From positions 1 to 63,859 of the forward strand of contig JBAZCS010000002.1 of NCBI GenBank assembly GCA_041654855.1: a stretch of 63,859 bases of DNA. Direction: 5' to 3'. Position 1 is the stretch's first letter. Each line of letters begins with the position of its first letter. The notes beneath the pieces were generated by a model. It searched no databases. It worked only from the letters and a program-made list of their open reading frames with translations, and was not told the origin of the DNA. The DNA comes from Bacilli bacterium (lineage in GTDB: Bacteria > Bacillota_I > Bacilli_A > RFN20 > CAG-826). The position numbers and the translations under genes are program-made. This document shows positions 10,679 to 21,208 of this stretch, in pieces.

Positions 10679-11587
10679 TTAGCGTTGAAACGGCATTCCG
10701 AGTAAGCTTAGTAATTCATAAGCTTCGGCATCCGTTTTGGCAGTAGTGACAATTACAATGTCCATACCGCGAATTTTATTAATGAGATCGAAGTCGATTT
10801 CGGCGAAGATTAATTGTTCTTTAACCCCGAGTGTATAGTTACCGTGACCATCGAAGGCGTTTTTGCTAACACCGCGGAAGTCACGCACACGTGGGAGCGC
10901 AATACTAATTAATTTTTCGAAGAAGTCATACATCCGGTCACCCCGTAAGTCGACTTTCGTACCAATTGCTTGTCCTTCGCGAAGTTTGAAGCTTGCTTCA
11001 CTTTTCTTCGCAATGGTAACGACTGGTTTTTGTCCGGCGATGAGGGTTAATTCTTTAACCGCATCTTCGAGTAATTTCGGGTTTCCAGTTGCATCACCAA
11101 CCCCCATGTTAATAACGATTTTGTTAAGTTTTGGGACTTGCATGACGGAAGTATATTTGAATTTTTCCATCATCGCTTTGATGACGACTTCATTGTAGTG
11201 TTTGACGACACGGTTAGTCGTTTCTTTTTTCACTGGTTTATAAGCTTCTTTTTTAGGCGCCGCTTTTTTCGCTGGTGCTTTTGGCGCTACAGCTTCTTTT
11301 TCGACTTTTTTTGGTTCTGCTTTCTTAGCAGGTGCTTTTTCGACTACTTCTTCTTTTGCTGCCTTTTTAGGGGCCGCTTTTTTTGGTTCGGTAGCCGCTT
11401 CTTTTTTCACTGCTTCTTTTTTAGGAGCAGCGGCTTTTTTTGGTTTTTCTTCTTTAGTCGCAACCGCTTTTTCTTTAACTTCTTTCGCTGCGACTTCTTT
11501 TTTGGGCGCCGCTTTTTTAGCAGGTGCCTTTTTGGTGGTAGCATCAGTTTCTTTTGCTACTGCTTTTTTTGCTTTTTCTTCAGCCAT
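10679..11587 (-). CDS. rplE: 50S ribosomal protein L5 with a roughly 120-aa Lys/Ala/Pro/Glu-rich N-terminal extension
   Basis: 302-aa ORF. The L5 core starts near residue 125 ([38 protein letters not shown]). Strong SD AGGAGGAG lies 4 nt upstream of the ATG at 11587. Confidence 0.9.
   Translation of the reverse strand: MAEEKAKKAVAKETDATTKKAPAKKAAPKKEVAAKEVKEKAVATKEEKPKKAAAPKKEAVKKEAATEPKKAAPKKAAKEEVVEKAPAKKAEPKKVEKEAVAPKAPAKKAAPKKEAYKPVKKETTNRVVKHYNEVVIKAMMEKFKYTSVMQVPKLNKIVINMGVGDATGNPKLLEDAVKELTLIAGQKPVVTIAKKSEASFKLREGQAIGTKVDLRGDRMYDFFEKLISIALPRVRDFRGVSKNAFDGHGNYTLGVKEQLIFAEIDFDLINKIRGMDIVIVTTAKTDAEAYELLSLLGMPFQR
11245..11284. repeat. direct repeat copy 1 inside the rplE extension (encodes [13 protein letters not shown])
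   Basis: cttcttttttaggcgccgcttttttcgctggtgcttttgg is nearly identical to 11494-11535. Confidence 0.8.
11494..11535. repeat. direct repeat copy 2 inside the rplE extension (encodes [14 protein letters not shown])
   Basis: cttcttttttgggcgccgcttttttagcaggtgcctttttgg has about 35 of 40 positions shared with copy 1. Confidence 0.8.
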
Positions 11588-11597
11588 GATGCTCCTC

Positions 11598-11906
11598 CTA
11601 TTTAATTACTTCGCCACTTTTTTTAGCGTAGCGAACTTTTTTACCTTTCACTTCTTTAATACCAACCCTTGTTGCTTTTTTCGTTTTTGGATCAATTAAG
11701 GCAACGTTACTTACGTGGATTGGGGCGTAAATTTCAAGGATACTTCCTTCAGGATTACTTTGCGTTGGTTTTTTGTGTTTTTTCTTAATGTTGACACCTT
11801 CGACCACGACTTTTTCAAGTTTTGGGTACGCCCGTTGGACGATTCCGGTTTTTCCTTTGTCAGCGCCCGTAATGACGATGACTTTATCACCTTTTTTAAT
11901 TAACAT
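11598..11906 (-). CDS. rplX: 50S ribosomal protein L24
   Basis: The ORF track starts at 11948 inside rplN. The ATG at 11906 ([14 protein letters not shown]) has AGGAGG upstream and gives the usual 102 aa. Confidence 0.94.
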   Translation of the reverse strand: MLIKKGDKVIVITGADKGKTGIVQRAYPKLEKVVVEGVNIKKKHKKPTQSNPEGSILEIYAPIHVSNVALIDPKTKKATRVGIKEVKGKKVRYAKKSGEVIK

Positions 11907-11919
11907 ACTGGGTGCCTCC

Positions 11920-12294
11920 TTATAATACTTCCGGTGCAAGCGAGACAATTTTCATTGCGCCTTCACCTTTTTCCCGTAATTCGCGTGCGACTGGTCCGAA
12001 GACACGGGTGCCAATCATGTTGCCATCATCATTTATAACAACGACAGCGTTATCATCGAAGCTAATTTTGCTACCATCAGGCCGTAAGACACCTTTTTTG
12101 GTGCGGACGATGATGGCTTTAACCATATCGCCTTTTTTAACTTTCGAGTTTGGGGTTGCTTGTTTTACAGCGAGTAAGACAATATCCCCGATGGTGCTGC
12201 TGCGACGCACACTACCGCCATAAAGACGGATGACGCGTCCAATTCTTGCTCCACTATTGTCAGCGACTATAACGTCAGTTTCTACATGAATCAT
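11920..12294 (-). CDS. rplN: 50S ribosomal protein L14
   Basis: 124-aa ORF starting [16 protein letters not shown], with L14 sequence throughout. Confidence 0.97.
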   Translation of the reverse strand: MIHVETDVIVADNSGARIGRVIRLYGGSVRRSSTIGDIVLLAVKQATPNSKVKKGDMVKAIIVRTKKGVLRPDGSKISFDDNAVVVINDDGNMIGTRVFGPVARELREKGEGAMKIVSLAPEVL

Positions 12295-12296
12295 AA

Positions 12297-12599
12297 CTAT
12301 TCCTCCTTCGCTGCTTCTTCTTGAATATCTTCAAGCGTAAGTTCGGCTAAGGCTAAGACTTCGACTAAACGCCATCTTTTAGTGGCGCTAAGTGGACGAG
12401 CGGCAGCGATTTTAACTTTATCACCTTCTTGGGCGACATTGTTTTCATCGTGAGCGTAATATTTTTTACGATATTTAACCCGTTTGCCGTATTTGGGGTG
12501 TCTTTTATAAGTTTCAACTAAGACAGTAATTGTTTTATCCATTTTGGCGCTGATTACGATTCCTTCGAAGACAGCGCGGGTGTTTCTACTTTTTTCCAT
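12297..12599 (-). CDS. rpsQ: 30S ribosomal protein S17 (short acidic C-terminal extension)
   Basis: 100-aa ORF with [19 protein letters not shown], and extra [14 protein letters not shown] at the C-terminus. Confidence 0.95.
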   Translation of the reverse strand: MEKSRNTRAVFEGIVISAKMDKTITVLVETYKRHPKYGKRVKYRKKYYAHDENNVAQEGDKVKIAAARPLSATKRWRLVEVLALAELTLEDIQEEAAKEE

Positions 12600-12613
12600 A
12601 TCTATGTTGCTCC

Positions 12614-12811
12614 TTATTTAATCCCTAGTTCGCGCTCGCGTAATACTGTATATACACGGGCGATATCTTTACGAACTCTAGTAATTTGTGAACCATTTTC
12701 AAGTTGGCCCACGGCTTGTTTACGACGTAAGTGGAATAATTCTTCTTTTAAAGCGTAAACTTTTTCGTTTAATTCATTCACACTAAGCGCGCGAATATCT
12801 TTAATTTTCAT
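12614..12811 (-). CDS. rpmC: 50S ribosomal protein L29
   Basis: 65-aa ORF with the canonical sequence [20 protein letters not shown], in the expected position. Confidence 0.95.
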   Translation of the reverse strand: MKIKDIRALSVNELNEKVYALKEELFHLRRKQAVGQLENGSQITRVRKDIARVYTVLRERELGIK

Positions 12812-12813
12812 AC

Positions 12814-13230
12814 TTATTCCTCCTTACCTTTTTGCACGACTCTCGTTTTGATCGGAAGTTTGAAGCTTGCTAAGCGTAATGCTTCACGAGCAATTTCTTC
12901 TTTAACACCACCGATTTCAAACATGATGCGATTTTTCTTTACGACGGCAACCCATGATTCTGGGCTCCCTTTACCACTACCCATCCGAACTTCGGCTGGT
13001 TTTTTGGTTTTGGCTAAGTGGGGGTAAATTCTAATCCAGATTTTACCAACCCGTTTCGTATAGCTTGCAAGCACGATACGGGCACTTTCAATTTGCCGGT
13101 TTGTAATGTAGGCTCCTTCTAAAGCTTGAAGCCCGAATTCGCCGAAGTCAACGTTCGCCCCACCTTTCGTAAGGCCTTCATAACTTAAGCGTTGAGGGCG
13201 ACGATATTTAGTACGTTTTGGTTGTAACAT
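12814..13230 (-). CDS. rplP: 50S ribosomal protein L16
   Basis: 138-aa ORF starting [11 protein letters not shown]. Confidence 0.97.
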   Translation of the reverse strand: MLQPKRTKYRRPQRLSYEGLTKGGANVDFGEFGLQALEGAYITNRQIESARIVLASYTKRVGKIWIRIYPHLAKTKKPAEVRMGSGKGSPESWVAVVKKNRIMFEIGGVKEEIAREALRLASFKLPIKTRVVQKGKEE

Positions 13231-13232
13231 AA

Positions 13233-13898
13233 TTATTCTCCCTTCCCTTTACTTAAGTCATAGTCACCGCGACAAATCCACACTTTAACTCCTAAACGGC
13301 CGTATGTGGTGTGCGCTTCGGCATGAGCGTAGTCAATATCACTGCGTAAGGTATGAAGTGGTACAATACCATCTTTATAACCTTCACGACGAGCGATTTC
13401 TGCGCCATTTAAGCGGCCACCGACTAAGGTTTTAATACCTTTGGCACCCGCACGACGGACTCTTTGAATTGTTCTTTTTTGGACAATCCGGAATGAGCCT
13501 CTTTCTTCTAATTCCTTGGCGATCTGTTGGGCCACGATATTGGCGTTTAGATCAGGATTTTTAACTTCGACAACATTAAGTTTTAAGTCGCCGGTTTTCA
13601 CAATTTTTGCAAGTTCAGCGGTTAATTTTTTAATGTTATCACCTTGTTGACCGATGACTTCACCGATGCGGACGACGTGGACGCTGACGACGACACTATA
13701 ACCACTTTCGAAAGTGTTAATGCGTTCAATTTCCACGTGACTTAATAAGGATTTTTTTAAGCGTACCGTTAAGAATTCACGAATCTTCATATCTTCTTGA
13801 AGGAAAGTAGCAAAATCTTTATTTTTGGCAAACCAGCGACTGTTCCAGTTACGGTAGATGCCATATCTTAGTCCATTTGGATTAACTTTTTGTCCCAT
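13233..13898 (-). CDS. rpsC: 30S ribosomal protein S3
   Basis: 221-aa ORF starting [13 protein letters not shown], with a KH domain and C-terminal domain. Confidence 0.97.
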   Translation of the reverse strand: MGQKVNPNGLRYGIYRNWNSRWFAKNKDFATFLQEDMKIREFLTVRLKKSLLSHVEIERINTFESGYSVVVSVHVVRIGEVIGQQGDNIKKLTAELAKIVKTGDLKLNVVEVKNPDLNANIVAQQIAKELEERGSFRIVQKRTIQRVRRAGAKGIKTLVGGRLNGAEIARREGYKDGIVPLHTLRSDIDYAHAEAHTTYGRLGVKVWICRGDYDLSKGKGE

Positions 13899-13911
13899 TA
13901 CTTTTCCTCCT

Positions 13912-14331
13912 TTACGCTCTTTCTTTTACTTTGACGACGATGGTACTCGTCCGTTTGATAATGCCGGCTGCACTTCCTTTAGCGCGTGGGCGATATCTTT
14001 TCATTTTGATGGAATCATTAATTTGGAGTTCGCTGATGAAGAGTCCTTCTTCTTTAAACCCATGGTTATTAATGGCGTTTGCGGCCGCACTTTCGATTGT
14101 TTTACGAAGGGGGACGCTTGCCGCTTTGTTGACGTTGTGTAATAAGGCAACGGCATCAGCGACATCTTTGCCGCGCACTAAGTCGGCAACTAAACGCATT
14201 TTCCGGGGGGTGACACCGACGCTTCTACTAATAGCGCGTGCTTCGGTAACGATTGGTTTTTCTTTCACAGGTTTTGGTGCTTCGACCTTTTTCGTTTTCG
14301 CTGTGGTTTTTGGTTTACTAACTCTTGCCAT
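13912..14331 (-). CDS. rplV: 50S ribosomal protein L22 with a Lys-rich N-terminal extension
   Basis: 139-aa ORF. The core starts at EARAISRSVGVTPRKMRLVADLVRGK, preceded by about 28 residues MARVSKPKTTAKTKKVEAPKPVKEKPIV. Confidence 0.94.
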   Translation of the reverse strand: MARVSKPKTTAKTKKVEAPKPVKEKPIVTEARAISRSVGVTPRKMRLVADLVRGKDVADAVALLHNVNKAASVPLRKTIESAAANAINNHGFKEEGLFISELQINDSIKMKRYRPRAKGSAAGIIKRTSTIVVKVKERA

Positions 14332-14337
14332 AACTAC

Positions 14338-14637
14338 CTACCGTTTCCGTTGTGCCGCCGCGGCTTTATCTTCTGCCGTGTGGCCGGTGTGTCCTTTATA
14401 ACTTCTTGTCGGGGAGAATTCTCCTAACTTGTGGCCGACCATATCTTCAGTCACATACACTGTGATGTGTTCCTTGCCGTTATACACTGCGAAGGTGTGA
14501 CCGACGAAGGATGGGAAGATGGTGGATCTGCGTGACCAAGTTTTAAGAATTTGTTTTTTGTTAACTTTATTAAGCTCGTCCACTTTTTTTAAGACATATT
14601 CATCTGCGAATGGACCTTTTTTCAAACTTCTTGCCAT
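14338..14637 (-). CDS. rpsS: 30S ribosomal protein S19
   Basis: 99-aa ORF starting [10 protein letters not shown], with [13 protein letters not shown]. Confidence 0.97.
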   Translation of the reverse strand: MARSLKKGPFADEYVLKKVDELNKVNKKQILKTWSRRSTIFPSFVGHTFAVYNGKEHITVYVTEDMVGHKLGEFSPTRSYKGHTGHTAEDKAAAAQRKR

Positions 14638-14650
14638 ATTTCCTCACTCC

Positions 14651-15484
14651 TTATTTTTGTTTACGACGGCGAATAATTAATTGCGTCGATTTCTTTTTTG
14701 TTTTCCGGGTTTTTACACCAAGAGCACGTTTACCCCATGGGGTGCGTGGTGCGTCTTTCCCGATTGGTGATTTTCCTTCACCACCACCGTGTGGGTGATC
14801 AACTGGGTTCATTACTGAGCCGCGAACAGTAGGACGAATGCCTTTCCAACGGCTTTTACCAGCTTTTCCTAAGTTGATTAAGTTGAAGTCTTCATTTCCA
14901 ACGGCACCGATGGTCGCGCGACATGTAAGTAAGATTTTACGTACTTCGCCTGATTGGAGCCGTAAGATTGCATATTTTCCTTCCCGTCCTAATACTTGAA
15001 CACTCGTACCGGCGGCGCGGGCGATTTGCCCACCTTTACCAGGCGCTAGTTCGACGTTATGAACGACGGTACCTTCGGGAATGTTTTGAAGTGGCATTGC
15101 GTTTCCGATTTGAATGTCAACATTTTCACCAGAGACGATTTTAGCGCCTACTTCTAAGTTTTGGGGGTGTAAGATGTAGCGCTTCTCGCCATCTACATAA
15201 TGGATGAGGGCGATGTTTGCGTTGCGGTTTGGATCGTATTCAATTGCGGCGACCCGGCCTTCAACGCCGTCTTTATTACGTTTGAAGTCGATAATGCGGT
15301 ATTTACGTTTGTGACCACCACCGATATGGCGGGTTGTAATTTTCCCCATGTTATTGCGACCACCACTTTTCTTAAGTTCGACTACGAGACTTTTTTCGGG
15401 GGTCGTTTTTGTAATTTGTTCAAACGTTGAGTTGGTCATACCCCGACGTGAGGGAGTTGTCGGTTTATATTTTCTAATTGCCAT
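14651..15484 (-). CDS. rplB: 50S ribosomal protein L2
   Basis: 277-aa ORF starting [14 protein letters not shown], with [16 protein letters not shown]. Confidence 0.98.
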   Translation of the reverse strand: MAIRKYKPTTPSRRGMTNSTFEQITKTTPEKSLVVELKKSGGRNNMGKITTRHIGGGHKRKYRIIDFKRNKDGVEGRVAAIEYDPNRNANIALIHYVDGEKRYILHPQNLEVGAKIVSGENVDIQIGNAMPLQNIPEGTVVHNVELAPGKGGQIARAAGTSVQVLGREGKYAILRLQSGEVRKILLTCRATIGAVGNEDFNLINLGKAGKSRWKGIRPTVRGSVMNPVDHPHGGGEGKSPIGKDAPRTPWGKRALGVKTRKTKKKSTQLIIRRRKQK

Positions 15485-15504
15485 AATGTTTCTCCTTCCC
15501 GTCC

Positions 15505-15852
15505 TTATTCTTTGAAGAGGTCGATTGCTTGACCTTCTTTGACCGTGACAATTGCTTTTTTAACAGCGGGGATTGTGCCTTCATAGCGGCCACCGCGCCG
15601 TGTTTTCTTGGCGTTCGTGTTAATAACTTTAACATCAACGACCGTGACACCAAAGACAGCTTCGAATGCATCTTTGATTGTTTCTTTATTTGCGGTTTTA
15701 AGTACTTCCACCGTCACTTTGTTTTGATCTTGCATCAGCGCCATTGTCTTTTCAGTAATGAGTGGACGAATGATTAGATCATATTGAGCGATGGTTGCTT
15801 TTTTAACAACGACTTTTTGTTCCGCTTTTTTGGTTGTTTTTTTCGTTGCCAT
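15505..15852 (-). CDS. rplW: 50S ribosomal protein L23 with a Lys-rich N-terminal extension
   Basis: 115-aa ORF. The core starts at [11 protein letters not shown], preceded by [23 protein letters not shown]. Confidence 0.94.
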   Translation of the reverse strand: MATKKTTKKAEQKVVVKKATIAQYDLIIRPLITEKTMALMQDQNKVTVEVLKTANKETIKDAFEAVFGVTVVDVKVINTNAKKTRRGGRYEGTIPAVKKAIVTVKEGQAIDLFKE

Positions 15853-16496
15853 TAGAGCAGTCCTCCTATGTACGCAACAAGGGTTGCTTTTTCAATAACG
15901 ATTTGATCAGCGTTTAGTAAGTCGTACACTGCGACGTTATCTTGGCTAACGCGTTGCACGTTAGGTAAGTTTTGGGTCGCAAGTAATAAGTTTTTGTTGT
16001 CATCACTTATTAAGAGTACTTTACCAGTAGCGCCAAGTGCGGTTAAGACGTGGGCTGCTGCTTTCGTTTTTGCTTCAATTTCGATTGCTTCATCAACGAC
16101 GATGAAGGCTTTTTCTCGGGCTTTGATGGAGAGCGCGCTTCTTAATGCTAAGGCGTGCGCTTTCTTATTCATCGATAATTTGTAGTTTTGTTCTCCGGTT
16201 GGTCCGAATGTTACTCCACCGCCAACCCAGATTGGTGAACGGCTACTACCAGCACGGGCCCGACCCGTACCTTTTTGACGCCATGGTTTTTTACCACCAC
16301 CTCTTACTTCAGAACGATCTTTTGTTTTGCTCGTTGCTTGGCGACGATTTGCGAGATAAGTTGTTACTGCTTGATGGAGCACATCTTCATGCACTTCAAC
16401 GCCGAAGATTTCGCCGTCAAGTTTCATCGTGCCAACTTTTTCGCCTTTCGTGTTAACCACCGGATAAGAGATTGCTTTTACTTTTTCGTTTGCCAT
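15852..16496 (-). CDS. rplD: 50S ribosomal protein L4
   Basis: 214-aa ORF with RGGGKKPWRQKGTGRARAGS. Confidence 0.97.
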   Translation of the reverse strand: MANEKVKAISYPVVNTKGEKVGTMKLDGEIFGVEVHEDVLHQAVTTYLANRRQATSKTKDRSEVRGGGKKPWRQKGTGRARAGSSRSPIWVGGGVTFGPTGEQNYKLSMNKKAHALALRSALSIKAREKAFIVVDEAIEIEAKTKAAAHVLTALGATGKVLLISDDNKNLLLATQNLPNVQRVSQDNVAVYDLLNADQIVIEKATLVAYIGGLL

Positions 16497-16513
16497 TACA
16501 GTCTCCTCCGTTT

Positions 16514-17191
16514 CTATTCTGCTTCAGTGCGTTTAAGAAGTTCTTTTACTGGTCTTTTCCGTAATTGTTCTTTCACTGCACTTCTAATTTTGACAATTGA
16601 GTATTTTGGGCCTGGTAATGCACCTTTAATTAAGATGGCATTTTTTTCTGGTAATACATCAACGACGAGTAAGTTTAGGATTGTTACGCGTTCGTGTCCC
16701 ATGTGCCCAGGCATTTTTGTTCCAGGGACAACCCGTTGAATACGTCCGACGCTTGCCATACTACCGACACCGCGGTGATAACCTGAACCGTGAGCTTTTG
16801 GTCCAATAGCGTAATTGTGACGTTTGATTGACCCGGTGAACCCGTGGCCTTTGCTCGTGCCGATGACATCAACGACGTCACCTGCTTGGAAGATGTCAAC
16901 TTTAATTTCGCTGCCAACTTCGTAATTTAGCATTTCATCACCTTTTAACTCGTGGAGTTCATATTTTGGGGTGACTCCTGCTTTTTCATAAATGCCTTTG
17001 AGTGGCTTATTTACCCGACTAGGTTTTTTGTCTTCGTATCCGACTTGGATGGCAGCATAGCCATCTTTTTCCACTGTTTTCACTTGGGTGACAACGTTTG
17101 GTAATACTTCAACGACGGTAACGGGGTAGATAGTGCCATCGGTGGCGAATACTTGGGTCATGCCCATTTTGCGGCCAATAATTGCTTTCAT
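16514..17191 (-). CDS. rplC: 50S ribosomal protein L3
   Basis: 225-aa ORF starting MKAIIGRKMGMTQVF, with GTSKGHGFTG. Confidence 0.97.
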   Translation of the reverse strand: MKAIIGRKMGMTQVFATDGTIYPVTVVEVLPNVVTQVKTVEKDGYAAIQVGYEDKKPSRVNKPLKGIYEKAGVTPKYELHELKGDEMLNYEVGSEIKVDIFQAGDVVDVIGTSKGHGFTGSIKRHNYAIGPKAHGSGYHRGVGSMASVGRIQRVVPGTKMPGHMGHERVTILNLLVVDVLPEKNAILIKGALPGPKYSIVKIRSAVKEQLRKRPVKELLKRTEAE

Positions 17192-17202
17192 TTCTCTACC
17201 TC

Positions 17203-17514
17203 CTAAATTTTAATATCGATGTCGACGCCACTTGGAAGTTCGAATCTCCGTAAGAATTCGATTGTCTTCTTCGTTGGGTCAGTAATATCGATTAATCTTT
17301 TGTGTGTTCTAATTTCGAATTGCTCACGCGCATCTTTGTACTTGTGGACCGCTCTTAACACCGTGAACACTTCTCGTTGTGTCGGGAGCGGAATGGGACC
17401 AATGACCTTGGCACCACTTTCGACTGCTTGTTCTACGATTTTCGCTACTGCTTGATCAAGTAACGTGTGGTCGTAACTTTGGAGTCGAACCCGGATTTTG
17501 TTTTTTCCTGCCAT
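17203..17514 (-). CDS. rpsJ: 30S ribosomal protein S10
   Basis: 103-aa ORF with [14 protein letters not shown]. It is the first gene of the S10 cluster, with SD AAGGAGGAAA upstream. Confidence 0.97.
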   Translation of the reverse strand: MAGKNKIRVRLQSYDHTLLDQAVAKIVEQAVESGAKVIGPIPLPTQREVFTVLRAVHKYKDAREQFEIRTHKRLIDITDPTKKTIEFLRRFELPSGVDIDIKI

Positions 17515-17637
17515 GAATTATTTTCCTCCTTGCATCTACAGGTTGTTAATGTTCACTCGCTACGAATTCCCCGCTTACACTTCATGACAACGCCTGTAGG
17601 TGTATCGGCAACCTCGCATTTCAACGCGACCATTAAC
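17515..17637 (-). promoter_or_regulatory. structured 5' leader of the S10 operon (candidate r-protein autoregulatory leader)
   Basis: About 120-nt untranslated leader. A long-range helix pairs 17533-17545 with 17588-17602 (13 bp, one mismatch, 2-nt bulge) and ends about 10 nt upstream of the SD. Confidence 0.35.
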
Positions 17638-17644
17638 TTGCTAA

Positions 17645-17673
17645 ATAATACTAGAAGACGATATATAAGTCAA
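17645..17673 (-). promoter_or_regulatory. sigma-70-type promoter of the S10/spc/alpha supercluster
   Basis: Minus strand has TTGACT, a 17-nt spacer and TATTAT, with A/T-rich UP-like sequence upstream. Confidence 0.7.
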
Positions 17674-17768
17674 TGATAAACACATAAAAAAGTAACTTTT
17701 TATATATAAGGGTAAAAATAGCGGGTAAAGAGTAGGGGAAGCCTCTTTTCTATTTTTTCCCAAAATCG

Positions 17769-17795
17769 TGAAAAAAACCACTTTTGCAAGCGGTT
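17769..17795 (-). terminator. intrinsic terminator after queH
   Basis: Minus strand has AACCGCU-UGCAAA-AGUGGUU (7 bp including one G-U) followed by U7. Confidence 0.7.
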
Positions 17796-17842
17796 CCATT
17801 TTTATTAGTTTTTGGCTATTTTTGACTAGAAATCGTTAAAAA

Positions 17843-18505
17843 TTAGTGATTTTCGTCGACTTTTTTACCATTATTTTTAAGGACTGTATCGCGATAACTG
17901 TATTCACAACCACAATATTTTTGTTGATAAAGGTTATATTCTTTTTTAAGTTGGCGCACTCTTTCTAATCCACCTTTTTTCTTGAAATCACTATAAAAAT
18001 ATTTAATATTTGGATATTTGGGTTCGATTTCTTTGGCGACTTCATTAATGACTTGCGAGTTTTTTTGCCGTGATATCGTTAAGGTTGTTGAAGCGTAATC
18101 AAAGCCATGTTCACTGCCCCATCGTAAAGCGTCTTCAATGTGTTTAGCGTAACATAACTTACATCTTTCGCCCCCTTCTTTTTCATCGGCAAGATGGCGT
18201 AAACTTGCCATATAGCCTTCATGATCATAGGGTAAAAAGACGACTTTAACATTTCGATTATTCCGTTTATTAAATTCACTCACAAACCATTCGACTTCAT
18301 TGCGGCGAATTAAAAATTCTTTTTCAGGATAAATATTGCTATTTTCATAGACGATTGTGACATCGAAAAATTGTGTCACAAATTCTAAAGTATGACTTGA
18401 ACAGGGCGCGCAACACGCATGTAAGGCAAGTTTTGGTTTCTCGGCCATCGTTTTAAACTTTTCAATCTCGGCCATCGATACGTTATGATAATTAATTTTT
18501 TCCAT
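17843..18505 (-). CDS. queH: epoxyqueuosine reductase QueH (DUF208)
   Basis: 220-aa ORF with Cys clusters HACCAPCS, CKLCY and YCGCEYS, directly downstream of queA. Confidence 0.85.
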   Translation of the reverse strand: MEKINYHNVSMAEIEKFKTMAEKPKLALHACCAPCSSHTLEFVTQFFDVTIVYENSNIYPEKEFLIRRNEVEWFVSEFNKRNNRNVKVVFLPYDHEGYMASLRHLADEKEGGERCKLCYAKHIEDALRWGSEHGFDYASTTLTISRQKNSQVINEVAKEIEPKYPNIKYFYSDFKKKGGLERVRQLKKEYNLYQQKYCGCEYSYRDTVLKNNGKKVDENH

Positions 18506-19525
18506 ATATATACATTACATCACCGAAAGAAAAAAAGCGATATTTTTCATTTACGGCGTGGTTATAAGCTTTTAATATGTATTCGCGGTTCGCAAAAGCA
18601 CTTACAAGCATAATAAGCGTAGATTTTGGTAAATGGAAGTTTGTAATTAAAGCATTTATAACATTAAATTTATAACCAGGAGTAATAAATAAATTAGTGG
18701 CTTCGTTCGTTGCAACTATTTTTTGATATTTCGCAAAGTTTGCTTCCAGTGTTCGCGTAGCGGTAGTACCAACACTTATAATCCGTCTTTTATCCTTTAG
18801 TGCTTTATTTAGTCTATCGGCCACTTCTTCACTTATTTCATACGTTTCATAATGCATAACATGGTCTTTCGTATCATTTACGCTTACCGGTTTAAATGTC
18901 CCTAAGCCAATATGCAAGGTTATTTCTAATATTTCAACCCCTTTTGCTTTTAACAAATTAAGTATTTCTTCGGTAAAGTGAAAGCCAGCGGTCGGGGCAG
19001 CAGCGCTTCCGGGAATCTTTGCAAACACGGTTTGATACCGCGCATACTTACGCGCATCATCTTTAATATAAGGAGGTAAAGGCATCGTACCCACTTTTTC
19101 TAATACTTCTAAAAAGATGCCGTCATACGTAAATTTAACTATGTGCACTCCCTCTTCTTTTTTAGTGATGCACTCCATTTTTAAAAGTCCGTCCCCAAAG
19201 CTCACTACACTGCCAACTTTAAAGGCTTTAGCGTTGCCGACAAGTACTTCATAATGATCGTTTGGTAAAGCTTTTAATAAAATTGTTTCAATGTGGGCGC
19301 CAGTTGGAATTTTAACGCCTCGTAACCGTGCGGGTATTACTTTTGTGTTGTTGAGTACTAAAACATCACCTTTATTGAAATACTTTGTAATGTCATAAAA
19401 GTGTTCATCCTTTAATGTCTCTTCGCTTTTATTTAATACTAAAAGACGGGCATTTTGCCGTAATTCACTTGGTTTTTGCGCGATTAATGTCTCTGGCAAA
19501 TAAAAATCAAATAAGTTTACATCCA

Positions 19526-19526
<1 letters not shown>
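18492..19526 (-). CDS. queA: S-adenosylmethionine:tRNA ribosyltransferase-isomerase
   Basis: 344-aa ORF with N-terminus FDFYLPETLIAQKP and QueA-like sequence throughout. Confidence 0.93.
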
Positions 19527-21161
<1,635 letters not shown>

Positions 21162-21165
21162 ATTT

Positions 21166-21203
21166 CTCCTTGTTTTGGTCGGGTGGTTAGGCAAGGAACA
21201 CCC
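21166..21203 (-). promoter_or_regulatory. preQ1-I-type riboswitch (translational, SD-sequestering pseudoknot)
   Basis: RNA reads GGGUG UUC CUU GCCUAAC CACCC GACCAAAAC AAGGAG. It has a 5-bp P1, L1 UUC, an unpaired C before the 3' P1 strand, an A-rich tail, and CUU/AAG P2 overlapping the SD. Confidence 0.78.
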
Positions 21204-21208
21204 TTTGT

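Noticed and set aside
11138-11605. 155-aa Phe-rich plus-strand ORF
   Set aside because: It is the antisense mirror of the Lys/Ala-rich rplE extension (AAA/GCN read backwards gives TTT/NGC). It has no SD and is an artefact of low-complexity coding on the other strand.
17235-17500. tRNA-like strings (ggaagttcgaatctcc at about 17235 and ggagtcgaacccgg at about 17484)
   Set aside because: Both lie inside the rpsJ reading frame (for example [11 protein letters not shown]). No acceptor or anticodon arms can be built around them. No tRNA was found anywhere in the window.
21162-21194. N-terminal extension MPNHPTKTRRN of the QueT ORF
   Set aside because: It starts at a TTG that lies inside the predicted preQ1 aptamer. 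An ATG with AAGGAG lies 33 nt downstream.
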